Assembly (NCBI GenBank): GCA_012800155.1 | Contig: JAAZJX010000069.1 | Location: forward strand, 1 to 58,642 | Length of the DNA stretch: 58,642 nt | DNA from: Candidatus Magasanikiibacteriota bacterium | Lineage (GTDB): Bacteria; Patescibacteriota; Patescibacteriia; Magasanikbacterales; UBA922 | Reading direction: 5' to 3' | Part shown: positions 1 to 9,371 of the stretch, in pieces | Numbering within the stretch: position 1 is the first letter of the stretch | Layout: each line of letters opens with the position of its first letter | The notes under the pieces: generated by a model | The model's input: the letters and a program-made list of their open reading frames with translations, nothing else | The model's database searches: none | What the model was told of the DNA's origin: nothing | Program-made: the position numbers and the translations under genes

Positions 1-147
1 AATCTTAGACTTAGGTATTTTACCTTCAGATTTTATTCAGTCTGAAGAAGTTAAAGAAATTGCTAAAGAAGGTTTGAGAGAAAGTTTAAAAAATAGTTGG
101 ATAAACGAAGCTAAAGAAATCTTAGACTTAGGTATTTTACCTCCAGA
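1..147 (+). repeat. In-frame 117-bp (39-aa) repeat period at the window edge
   Basis: aatcttagacttaggtattttacct occurs at 1-25 and 118-142, encoding ILDLGILP twice, 39 codons apart. Confidence 0.85.
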
Positions 148-2632
148 AATAGATCATATTAATTTTTCAATAAATTCTTTTGTAGAAAAATTAAATATAA
201 AAACATGGGAAGAATTATTAAGAGAAAATCAAAATAATTTATCTTATTTAAGTTGGCTTATTGAACATAATTATGAATGTTTTTTTAATAGAGAAGATTT
301 AAATAAAATTGATCAAAGAGTAAAAATAACTTACCCAGAAGCTCATGTAGCTAAACAAAATGGTATTGATATTTTTACAAAAGATGCTGGTAAAAGTATT
401 TATGAAAGTATTATAAATAATGATGAACTTCCTGAATGGCAGGATGAACAAAATGTTTCTATGCCATTTCAGCGTGGAGCTGAGATATTTGGTTATGATA
501 AAATGTTTACTTATTGTCAGCGTCAAGATCTTTCTCGTCATGATGCTTTACACCAACTTGGTTATGTGATTGCGATGTATGAATCTAGTAATCTTTCAGA
601 AAAAGAATTTTTTGGTAATATTCTTTTTCAAGTTAATAAAGATGGCGCTAGATATGATTCTGGTACAGCTCATCATGAATTTAATCATGTGGCTGTGAAT
701 TTTAATTCTAATATTGAAGAAATTTTAGCTCAAGTAAAAAAATATGCTGATGTAGATAAATTGCAACAATTAGCTCAAGATTTGTCTTCACAAGAACAAA
801 TTTTTGCTTCGTGGAAAAACTTATATAAATATTATGAACTTTGTCAATTATTAAAGAAAATTGAAATTTTAAAGGATTTACAAAAACTTAAACAAGAGGG
901 AAAAGCAGAATTATATAAATACATAGAAACTTTGGCTTTTCATCCAAATATTAGCATGCAAGCTGTTTTAGAATTTTGGCGTAGTCCAGCTAAATTTTTA
1001 GAAATTGATGATGGACATTCACAGAGTGCGCATGAAAACAAAAAACCTTCTAATTATGTGGAAATACCTTATTTAGATTTAAATGCAGAGAATTTACGAG
1101 ATGCTTTGGTGGAAGGTAGTTTGGATGAATTACAAGTTTTTCAACCATTTGAAATTGAATATGAACTTCCTTTTGAAAAAAGAAGAGAACAAGAGCCAGA
1201 AAAAACAATTAGAACTATATTAAGAGAGCAATTAGGTTATTTTGATTTAAAACAAAACAAGCGGATTCCTGGAAGTAGAAAAAAACCAGGAGATTTAATT
1301 CGTTTAATTGGAGAATTACTAAAAGAAAATGATATAGATTTTAAAGAATATATACGAAATGAAGAAGAACAGGAATTATCTCCAGAAATACAAAAACAAA
1401 TATTACAGTTTTTGGGAATGGATAATAAAAAACAACAAACAGTTGGTCAGACAATTAAATATCGTGCTAAAATTAATGCTAAATCAGATCCAGAGGGTGT
1501 CGTAGCAGGTAATGATACTTCTTGTTGTATGCCGTTTGGTTCTGGTAAAAATAATATTTATACTTTTAATCCAGATTGCACTATTTTTACTTTACAACAA
1601 CAACGCCCAGATAATACTTGGCGTACCATAGCTCAAAGTGTCTTGACTAAAGATGTAGATATAAAGGAAAATGTTCAAAAAGTTTTTTCAGCCATGCAAG
1701 ATACAAATAAACCAGCTATTCAAGATATTCTTCCTGAAGATATTTTAACTCAGTCAGAATTTATTTTAGCTTGTGATAATGTAGAAGTAACACCTAATGT
1801 AAGAAGTAATGAGTTAATTACAAGACAAATAGAAATGATTTATCAAGATTTTATGTTTGAGTATTTAAGTAGATATGGTGAAAGAGATAATCTTCGACAA
1901 GAACAAGTTGTTATCGGTAAAGGCTTTTCTGATAGTTTGACAAATTTACCTGAAGTAAAAAATACTTATGTTCCAGCTGCTCCTGTAGCTTATACTGATA
2001 AAAGTCATTCTACAGTATATTCTTTAACACCTCAAAAAATTGAAGATGAAATTGTATCTAAAAAAATTATTGAATATGATAGTCAACAAAGAGATTCATA
2101 TCAATCTAGTCAACCGGGTGTTTCTTTACTTACTTTTGAAGATTCTCTCCGAGTAGCTTTTATAGAAGGTAAAGCCTATGCTGACAATAAAACTTTAATA
2201 CAACATATTCATAATATGGAAAATGGTCTTATTGCTAAAGATATTAACAATCAGCAAAAAGATCGACCAAATATGAGTTTTAAATATGAGGATAAAAATA
2301 AAAAAATGCAAGGTTATATTTTTGCTTATGAAGGTGTAGTGGGCAATGAAAAAATGATTTATGTAACAGATATTGCTGTGAATGAAAAAGGTAAGGGTGC
2401 TGGCTTGGCTTTAATGATAGCTTTTTTAGAAAGATATAAAATAGAATATTTAGCGAATAATAATCCTTTACCAATTTATGCTCAAATGCGTGAACAAACA
2501 TCTTATTCTATGATTAAGAGTAAATTATCTGAATTTAGTCGTCTTTTGGGTGTAAAATTAGATTTAGAAGAACATGGTACATACAGACAAGGTGAGGATA
2601 TTATGCATGAAGTTGTAATAAGAGTAAAATAA
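2..2632 (+). CDS. Large hypothetical protein, 5'-partial; N-terminal 39-aa repeat, C-terminal GNAT-like domain
   Basis: The frame is open from base 2, so the TTG at 74 is probably not the real start. It contains a GNDTSCCMPFG motif, and the C-terminal IYVTDIAVNEKGKGAGLALM resembles GNAT motif A. Confidence 0.8.
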   Translation: MLDLGILPSDFIQSEEVKEIAKEGLRESLKNSWINEAKEILDLGILPPEIDHINFSINSFVEKLNIKTWEELLRENQNNLSYLSWLIEHNYECFFNREDLNKIDQRVKITYPEAHVAKQNGIDIFTKDAGKSIYESIINNDELPEWQDEQNVSMPFQRGAEIFGYDKMFTYCQRQDLSRHDALHQLGYVIAMYESSNLSEKEFFGNILFQVNKDGARYDSGTAHHEFNHVAVNFNSNIEEILAQVKKYADVDKLQQLAQDLSSQEQIFASWKNLYKYYELCQLLKKIEILKDLQKLKQEGKAELYKYIETLAFHPNISMQAVLEFWRSPAKFLEIDDGHSQSAHENKKPSNYVEIPYLDLNAENLRDALVEGSLDELQVFQPFEIEYELPFEKRREQEPEKTIRTILREQLGYFDLKQNKRIPGSRKKPGDLIRLIGELLKENDIDFKEYIRNEEEQELSPEIQKQILQFLGMDNKKQQTVGQTIKYRAKINAKSDPEGVVAGNDTSCCMPFGSGKNNIYTFNPDCTIFTLQQQRPDNTWRTIAQSVLTKDVDIKENVQKVFSAMQDTNKPAIQDILPEDILTQSEFILACDNVEVTPNVRSNELITRQIEMIYQDFMFEYLSRYGERDNLRQEQVVIGKGFSDSLTNLPEVKNTYVPAAPVAYTDKSHSTVYSLTPQKIEDEIVSKKIIEYDSQQRDSYQSSQPGVSLLTFEDSLRVAFIEGKAYADNKTLIQHIHNMENGLIAKDINNQQKDRPNMSFKYEDKNKKMQGYIFAYEGVVGNEKMIYVTDIAVNEKGKGAGLALMIAFLERYKIEYLANNNPLPIYAQMREQTSYSMIKSKLSEFSRLLGVKLDLEEHGTYRQGEDIMHEVVIRVK

Positions 2633-2651
2633 GCTCTGTGATTAATTTTTC

Positions 2652-2680
2652 TTGACCTTTTTTAAAGTTTGTTATAAAAT
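2652..2680 (+). promoter_or_regulatory. sigma70-type promoter for secDF
   Basis: TTGACC-17 bp-TAAAAT. Confidence 0.6.
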
Positions 2681-2703
2681 AATGTTCGAATTTATTTTTA
2701 GTT

Positions 2704-4761
2704 ATGAAAAGAAACAAAACCAATATTCGTTCTAAACTCCGTTGGGGGATAGTAGGTATATTCGTACTTATGATAGTAGCGAGTTTTTTTGATTTTCCAG
2801 TTTATGCCAACAAAGGTTTGGATTTTATAAATGATAATTTACATCTTGGTTTACCTCGTTTACCAGAAAAAAATTTTAATTTAGGATTGGATCTTCAAGG
2901 TGGAGCTCAATTGATTTATCAAGCTGATACTACAAATATTGCTAATAATGAAATAGGAACAGCTGTTGAAGGTGTGAGAGATGTTATTGAACGCCGAATA
3001 AATTCTTTAGGAGTTTCTGAACCAATTGTTCAAACTAATAAAATTGGTGAAGAGTATCGTATTTCAGTAGAATTAGCTGGAGTAACAGATATCAAAGAGG
3101 CTATTGCTATGATTGGTGGTACACCAATTTTGGAATTTAAAGAAATAAATAATGAGCCAGCTCGAGAATTAACTGCTGAAGAAAAGAAAGAAATGGATAA
3201 TTATAATAAAGAAGCAAAAATTAAAGCTAATCAAGCTTTGCAAAAAGTAAAAGCTGGTACAGATTTTGCTTCTGTAGTTGCAGAATATTCTGAAGATATG
3301 ATAAGTAAAAATAATGCTGGTTATATGGGATATTTAAGCAATAATACTATTTATCCAGAAATTTATGCTTGGGCCAGTACTAATGCAGAAGGATCAATTA
3401 GTAAAACTTTATTAGAAACAACTGATGGTTATAATATTTTAAAACGCGGTGGAGAACAAGAAGGAGAAATTGAAGTTAAGGCTAGTCATATTTTGATTTG
3501 TTATCTTGGTTCTCAAGGTTGTGAAAATCCTATTTATACCAAAGAAGAAGCTAGAGCTAAAGCTCAAGAAATTTATAATCAAGCCAATGCTACAAATTTT
3601 GCTCAATTAGCTAAAGAAAATTCATCTGATCCTGGTAGCAAAGATAATGGTGGAGAATTAGGTTGGTTTGGAAAAGGAGTTATGATACCTGAGTTTGAAA
3701 AAGCAATTTTTGATAATACTCAAGTAGGAGAAATTGTTGGTCCGGTTGAAACAGCTTTTGGTTTTCATATAATTTATAAAGTTGATGAGAGAAGAAGTAA
3801 AACTTATGAAGTATCTAGAATTTTAATAAATACTAAAACAGAAACTGATATTATTCCTCCTCAGGATATTTGGAAAAATACTGATTTATCGGGAAAACAA
3901 TTAGAAAAAGCTGAAGTGGTATCTGATCCTCAAACAGGAGCGGTGCAAGTTTCTTTATCTTTTGATAATGAAGGTAAACAATTATTTGCAGATATTACAG
4001 AAAGAAATGTTGGTCAGCCTGTGGCTATTTTCTTAGATGGAGAACCAATCAGCGTACCAACAGTCAATGATGTTATCCGTGATGGTCGGGCTGTGATCAG
4101 TGGTAATTTTAATATCAAAGAAGCACAATTACTTTCTCAAAGATTGAATACTGGTGCTTTGCCAGTACCTATTGAGTTAGTTAGTCAACAAACTGTTGGC
4201 GCTAGTTTAGGTATTCAATCATTACAATTAAGTTTGAGAGCTGGAATAATTGGTATTTTAGCTATTATGTTGTTTATGTTGTTGTATTATCGTTTACCAG
4301 GATTTTTATCAGTAATTGCTTTGACAGTTTATGTATTTACTACTTTGGCTTTATTTAAATTAATTGGAGTAACTTTGACTTTGTCTGGTATTGCTGGTTT
4401 TATTTTGTCAATCGGTATGGCAGTAGATGCGAATGTATTGATTTTTGAACGCATGAAAGAAGAATTAAGAGCTGGAAAAACTTTACGAGTAGCCGTAGAA
4501 GAAGGATTTTTAAGAGCTTGGACTTCTATTCGTGATAGTAATCTTTCTACTTTGATTAGTTGTGTATTGTTGATGTGGATTGGTACTGGATTTGTAAAAG
4601 GTTTTGCTGTTACTTTGTCAATTGGTATTTTAGTTAGCATGTTCACTGCAATCACTGTTAGCAGAACAATGTTGCGTTTTGTTTGTCCATGGTTTAGTGA
4701 ATATGGTAATTGGTTGTTCTTGGGTTCTTGCAAACAAGAAAAAACGGAGGTGAAAAAATAA
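2704..4761 (+). CDS. secD: Protein translocase subunit SecD with inserted parvulin-type PPIase domains
   Basis: SecD motifs LGLDLQGG, RINSLGVSEP, GMAVDANVLIFER. Parvulin motifs ASHILI, SSDPGSKDNGGELGWF, GPVETAFGFHII. Confidence 0.95.
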   Translation: MKRNKTNIRSKLRWGIVGIFVLMIVASFFDFPVYANKGLDFINDNLHLGLPRLPEKNFNLGLDLQGGAQLIYQADTTNIANNEIGTAVEGVRDVIERRINSLGVSEPIVQTNKIGEEYRISVELAGVTDIKEAIAMIGGTPILEFKEINNEPARELTAEEKKEMDNYNKEAKIKANQALQKVKAGTDFASVVAEYSEDMISKNNAGYMGYLSNNTIYPEIYAWASTNAEGSISKTLLETTDGYNILKRGGEQEGEIEVKASHILICYLGSQGCENPIYTKEEARAKAQEIYNQANATNFAQLAKENSSDPGSKDNGGELGWFGKGVMIPEFEKAIFDNTQVGEIVGPVETAFGFHIIYKVDERRSKTYEVSRILINTKTETDIIPPQDIWKNTDLSGKQLEKAEVVSDPQTGAVQVSLSFDNEGKQLFADITERNVGQPVAIFLDGEPISVPTVNDVIRDGRAVISGNFNIKEAQLLSQRLNTGALPVPIELVSQQTVGASLGIQSLQLSLRAGIIGILAIMLFMLLYYRLPGFLSVIALTVYVFTTLALFKLIGVTLTLSGIAGFILSIGMAVDANVLIFERMKEELRAGKTLRVAVEEGFLRAWTSIRDSNLSTLISCVLLMWIGTGFVKGFAVTLSIGILVSMFTAITVSRTMLRFVCPWFSEYGNWLFLGSCKQEKTEVKK

Positions 4762-4762
4762 T

Positions 4763-5680
4763 ATGCAAATTAATTTTATTGGAAAAAGAAATTTTACTTT
4801 TACTATCTCTGGAATTTTGTTTATAACGGCTTTATTCTTTTTGTTTGTTTTTGGTTTAAAACCGGGTATGGATTTTACAGGTGGATCTTTATTAGAAGTT
4901 AGTTTTTCTAATAATCGTCCAGAAGTAACACAAGTTAGAGAGTTAGTTCAAAGTATGAATTTTGGCACAGTTGTAGTACAAACTACAGATAATAATGGAG
5001 TTATTATTAAAACTAAATTTTTAACAGAAGAAGAACATCAAAATTTATTATCTAATTTAAGAACTAATTTTGAAAATGAAGAAAGTAAAGTTTTGGAACA
5101 AAGATTTGAAACTATTGGTTCTTCTGTCAGTTCTTCTTTACGTAATCGTTCGTTTACAGCTATTATTACTGTTTGTATTGGTATTATTTTATTTATTGCT
5201 TATGCATTTAGAAAAGTTTCTCGACCAGTAGCTTCTTGGAAATATGGTGCAGTAGCAGTAGTTGGTTTAGTGCATAATATAGTAATTACAGCAGGAGTTT
5301 TTGCAATTTTAGGTAAATTTGCTGGAGTAGAAGTGGATACAGCTTTTGTAGTGGCTTTATTGACAGTACTTGGTTATTCAGTTAATGATACGATTGTAGT
5401 TTTTGATCGAATTAGAGAAAATCTTATTAAGCATAGTGTGGATGATTTTTCGAGTTTGGTAAATAAAGCTATTAATGATACTATTGCTCGATCTATCAAT
5501 ACTACTTTGACTACTTTATTAGCTTTGTCAGCTTTGTATTTTTTCGGTGGCGTAACAATAAAAAACTTTTCTTTAGCTTTGATAATTGGTATTTTTTTAG
5601 GCGCTTATTCATCTATTTTTGTAGCCAGTCCATTATTAGTAGTTTGGCATAATTGGGATGAAAAAAGAAGAAATAAATAA
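4763..5680 (+). CDS. secF: Protein translocase subunit SecF
   Basis: GMDFTGG and GYSVNDTIVVFDRIREN motifs; directly follows secD. Confidence 0.97.
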   Translation: MQINFIGKRNFTFTISGILFITALFFLFVFGLKPGMDFTGGSLLEVSFSNNRPEVTQVRELVQSMNFGTVVVQTTDNNGVIIKTKFLTEEEHQNLLSNLRTNFENEESKVLEQRFETIGSSVSSSLRNRSFTAIITVCIGIILFIAYAFRKVSRPVASWKYGAVAVVGLVHNIVITAGVFAILGKFAGVEVDTAFVVALLTVLGYSVNDTIVVFDRIRENLIKHSVDDFSSLVNKAINDTIARSINTTLTTLLALSALYFFGGVTIKNFSLALIIGIFLGAYSSIFVASPLLVVWHNWDEKRRNK

Positions 5681-5686
5681 TAATTA

Positions 5687-5722
5687 AATAAAAATCCCCC
5701 TACTGGTGGGGTTTTTTATTTT
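5687..5722 (+). terminator. Intrinsic terminator after secF
   Basis: aaaatccccc-tactggt-ggggtttttt hairpin with T tract. Confidence 0.7.
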
Positions 5723-5726
5723 TTTG

Positions 5727-5735
5727 TGGTATAAT
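5727..5735 (+). promoter_or_regulatory. Extended -10 element
   Basis: TGgTATAAT upstream of the 5830 and 5994 genes. Confidence 0.45.
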
Positions 5736-5829
5736 GTTAATAAGTTAAAATTTATAGAATTTGAAAGTCTAAAATTTTGTTTTTTATATTTTATAGACAT
5801 AAGATTTTATAAATCTTAAAATTAATTTT

Positions 5830-5991
5830 ATGTCAGATAATTTTATTCGTCATTTGATATCTTTAGCTGTTACTATTGCTGTTGGTTTAGCTTGGTTGTC
5901 AGGTTATTTTTCTAGTTTAAATGGTTGGTGGTGGACAGTTTTTGGTATCATTATAATTTATGTTATTATTTATAAATTAATAGAAGTCTAA
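5830..5991 (+). CDS. Small two-TM membrane protein (53 aa), absent from the ORF track
   Basis: Manual translation MSDNFIRHLISLAVTIAVGLAWLSGYFSSLNGWWWTVFGIIIIYVIIYKLIEV; the stop is 2 nt before the next ATG. Confidence 0.75.
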   Translation: MSDNFIRHLISLAVTIAVGLAWLSGYFSSLNGWWWTVFGIIIIYVIIYKLIEV

Positions 5992-5993
5992 AT

Positions 5994-7448
5994 ATGTTTT
6001 TAGGTCCTTTTTATATTGATTTAGATTTAATATTACAGTTTTTTTTGCGTCCTACTTTTGAAGTAGTTTTTGATGTTGTCATTATTATTGGTTGGGTAGT
6101 GTTAGCTTATTTATTATTTTTTCTTTCAGTTTATTATTGGATAGAATATAAAACTAATCATTATACTGCTGATTGGAAATGGGTTTTATTAGCGATTGAT
6201 GTTCCTTTAGAAAATGTTCAAACTCCAAAAGCTGTAGAACAGTTATTTGCTCATTTAGCTGGAGCTTTTGATAGTTTGAATATAGAAAAAGTTTTCAAAA
6301 ATGGAGTTAGACAACGATGGTTTAGTTTTGAAATTATTAGTATTGAAGGTTATATTCAGTTTTTAGTTCGGACTGAAGAAATTTTTCGTGATTTAATAGA
6401 AGCAGCTATTTATGCGCAATATCCAGATGCAGATATTACTGAAGTAGAAGATTATGTTGATATTGCTCCAGAAATTTATCCAGATCCAGATTATGATGTT
6501 TGGGTAGGAGATTTTTCTTTAGCTGAGAATGATGCTTTTCCAATTAGAACTTATAGATATTTTGAACACAATATATCCAAAGATACAGTTTTAAAAGATC
6601 CAATGAGTGCCTTTTTAGAAAGTTTTTCTAGAATTGGTTCAGGAGAACAAATGTGGTTTCAAATAATTATTGAACCTATTTCTAATAGTTGGAAAGAAGA
6701 TGCTATTAAAAAAATTAAAGAAGTTATTGGAGATGTTAGCACTAAGAAAAAATCTGGTTTTGGTTTACCTTTTGAAAGAGAAGTTGCTAAAACTTGGGAT
6801 GAAATTAGCGCTCAAGTTTTTGGAACTATTAGAGCTGAAAATGGAGAAGAAAAAAGTAAACAATCTGAACCAAATCAACTTAAATATCTTACACCAGGAC
6901 AAACAAAAATAGTTGAAGCTATGGAAGAAAAAATTACTAAAGTTGGATTTAAAACCAAAATGCGAGGAGTTTATTTAGCTAGAAATGAAGTTTTTAAATC
7001 AGAAAGAGGAATCAATGCTTTGGTGGGAGCTATACAACAATTTAATATACCTAGTGCCAATTCTATTGTGCCAAAATTTACTACAAGTGTATTTTATTTT
7101 GGAAAAGAAAAAAAATCTGCTCTCAGAAAAGCTAATTTAATTAAGGCTTATAAAAATAGAAAAATAAAGACTGGTAGTAATCCTTTTGTGTTAAATACAG
7201 AAGAGCTAGCTACTATTTGGCATTTTCCTATGTCTCATGTGAAAACACCTCAAGTACAAAAAACTATTTCTAAACGCTCAGAACCTCCAGTTGGTTTACC
7301 TATAGAATCAATATATAATCAGGTAGTAAGCAATATACAAGATCGAGATGAATCTAAAATAATAAAAAAAGATAAAAATGAGACAACAAAATATCAAACA
7401 GATTCTGGCAGTATTGGTAATGACGATAATATAATAAAATTTGGTTAA
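5994..7448 (+). CDS. Membrane-anchored hypothetical protein
   Basis: N-terminal TM helix. Motifs TPKAVEQLF, WFSFEI, IYAQYPDADITEVEDY and EELATIWHFP are recalled from CPR proteins associated with VirD4/TrwB-like ATPases (recall, unverified). Confidence 0.7.
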   Translation: MFLGPFYIDLDLILQFFLRPTFEVVFDVVIIIGWVVLAYLLFFLSVYYWIEYKTNHYTADWKWVLLAIDVPLENVQTPKAVEQLFAHLAGAFDSLNIEKVFKNGVRQRWFSFEIISIEGYIQFLVRTEEIFRDLIEAAIYAQYPDADITEVEDYVDIAPEIYPDPDYDVWVGDFSLAENDAFPIRTYRYFEHNISKDTVLKDPMSAFLESFSRIGSGEQMWFQIIIEPISNSWKEDAIKKIKEVIGDVSTKKKSGFGLPFEREVAKTWDEISAQVFGTIRAENGEEKSKQSEPNQLKYLTPGQTKIVEAMEEKITKVGFKTKMRGVYLARNEVFKSERGINALVGAIQQFNIPSANSIVPKFTTSVFYFGKEKKSALRKANLIKAYKNRKIKTGSNPFVLNTEELATIWHFPMSHVKTPQVQKTISKRSEPPVGLPIESIYNQVVSNIQDRDESKIIKKDKNETTKYQTDSGSIGNDDNIIKFG

Positions 7449-7474
7449 AACTCACTTTCCAAAGTGAGTTTTAA
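7445..7474 (+). terminator. Near-perfect palindromic terminator
   Basis: ttaaaactcacttt-cc-aaagtgagttttaa. Confidence 0.7.
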
Positions 7475-7560
7475 GACTATTGATTTATTCTTGTTTTTGA
7501 GATAGTCTATAAATATTATTGATTTAAAATTTAAAGATAAATAAAAAAGTTGATTAAATT

Positions 7561-9342
7561 ATGTCAGATGAAATTCAACAAATAAAAGATAAAATTGATG
7601 TAGCAGATTTAATTGGTGAATATATTCAATTAAAACCAGCAGGTGCAAATAAAAAAGGTTTATGTCCTTTTCATAATGAGAAAACTCCATCATTTATGGT
7701 TAGTAGTGAAAGACAAAATTGGCATTGTTTTGGTTGTGGAAAAGGTGGAGATATTTTTTCTTTTATTCAAGAAATGGAAGGTATGGAATTTGTGGAAGCT
7801 TTGCGTTATTTGGCCAATCGAGCGGGAATAGAATTATCAAATCGTCGCAGTGAAGTAGATAATAATCAAAAAAATAGAATTAAACAAATCAATAAAGAAG
7901 CTGCTCGTTTTTTTTATAATTTTTTAATAAAAATGTCTACAGCAAAAGACGCTTTGAAATATTTAGAAGAAAGAGGAATAAAATTAGAAACTATTGATGA
8001 ATGGCAAATTGGTTTTATTCCTGAGCAGTGGGATTTATTAACTCAGTATTTATTAAAAAAAGGTTTTGCAGTTGATGATTTAGTTGCTTCAGGTTTGACT
8101 ATTAGAAAAGAAGGTACTGAATCAGGTGGAGTAAGAGGTTTTTATGATCGTTTTCGTGGTCGGATTATGTTTCCTATTCGTGATGTTCATGGTGAAGTAG
8201 TTGGTTTTACTGGAAGAATTTTGGTAGAAAAAGAAAATTCTGGAGGTAAATATGTAAATACTCCACAAACAATAGTTTATGATAAATCTAGAGTAATATT
8301 TGGTTTAGAAAAAGCAAAACAAGAAGTTAAAACTAAAGATTTAGTAGTAATTGTTGAAGGTCAGATGGATGCAATTGCTTGTCATCAAGCTGGTATGAAA
8401 AATGTAGTAGCTTCTTCTGGTACAGCTTTGACTGAAGAACAAATAAAATTATTACAGCGTTATTCCAAAAATATCAATATGGCTTTTGATGTTGATGACG
8501 CTGGTCAAAATGCAGCTAAGAGAGGAATTGATTTAGCTATTGAAGCGGGAATGAGAGTTCGGGTGATTCGTATTCCTGAAGGAAAAGGAAAAGATCCAGA
8601 TGAATGTTTAAAAAAAAATCCAGATATTTGGTTTGAAGCAGTTAATAATGCTCAAGATGTGATGGATTGGTATTTTTCCAAAGTTTTTTCTAAAAAAGAT
8701 ATTACTAATTATCAAGAAAAACAACAAGCAGTAGATGAAATATTATTAGAAATTGCGCGTATTCCTTATGCAGTAGAAAAAGATCATTGGTTGAGAAAAC
8801 TTTCTGAAATTGTTAGAGTGGATGTTGTGGTATTAAGAGATGATCTAAAAAGAGTAGCTACCAAAAAAAATGTGAATAAATTGAATTCAGCTGAAAAAAA
8901 ATTAGAATCTGAAAAAATTATAAAAAAAGATCCTTTAGCTTTATTATTAGAAAGATTATTAGCTTTAATTTTGAAATATCCTTTTTTAAGAGAAAAGTTA
9001 TTAAAATCAGGATTGGAAAAAATTATTGAAGAAAGTATTTTTAATTCTCTTTACGAATTGATAAAAAAAGAGTATACTTTAGAAGAAATTAAAAATCAGG
9101 TAAAAGCTGAAGATAAAAAAAATTTAGATATTTTACTCTTGCAATCAGAATGGGAGTTTTCTAATTTTTTAGAAGAAGATGCTAAAAAAGAATTAGAAAA
9201 TATTATTGTTTTAATAAAAACAAGGTGGAAAAGAAAAAAAAATGAAGAATTAAAAATAAAAATTGCTCAAGCTGCAAAAAATAATGACAGAGAAAAAGAA
9301 AATGCTTTAATTGCTGAGTGGACTCAAATTAATCAATTATAA
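7561..9342 (+). CDS. dnaG: DNA primase
   Basis: CHC2 zinc finger [11 protein letters not shown]...[23 protein letters not shown] motifs VEGQMD and FDVD; precedes rpoD. Confidence 0.98.
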   Translation: MSDEIQQIKDKIDVADLIGEYIQLKPAGANKKGLCPFHNEKTPSFMVSSERQNWHCFGCGKGGDIFSFIQEMEGMEFVEALRYLANRAGIELSNRRSEVDNNQKNRIKQINKEAARFFYNFLIKMSTAKDALKYLEERGIKLETIDEWQIGFIPEQWDLLTQYLLKKGFAVDDLVASGLTIRKEGTESGGVRGFYDRFRGRIMFPIRDVHGEVVGFTGRILVEKENSGGKYVNTPQTIVYDKSRVIFGLEKAKQEVKTKDLVVIVEGQMDAIACHQAGMKNVVASSGTALTEEQIKLLQRYSKNINMAFDVDDAGQNAAKRGIDLAIEAGMRVRVIRIPEGKGKDPDECLKKNPDIWFEAVNNAQDVMDWYFSKVFSKKDITNYQEKQQAVDEILLEIARIPYAVEKDHWLRKLSEIVRVDVVVLRDDLKRVATKKNVNKLNSAEKKLESEKIIKKDPLALLLERLLALILKYPFLREKLLKSGLEKIIEESIFNSLYELIKKEYTLEEIKNQVKAEDKKNLDILLLQSEWEFSNFLEEDAKKELENIIVLIKTRWKRKKNEELKIKIAQAAKNNDREKENALIAEWTQINQL

Positions 9343-9371
9343 AAATAAAATTAATTAATAATTATTTTCTC

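Noticed and set aside
1..147. 25-bp direct repeat as a CRISPR repeat
   Set aside because: Only two copies, a 117-bp in-frame period inside a coding frame, and no cas genes.
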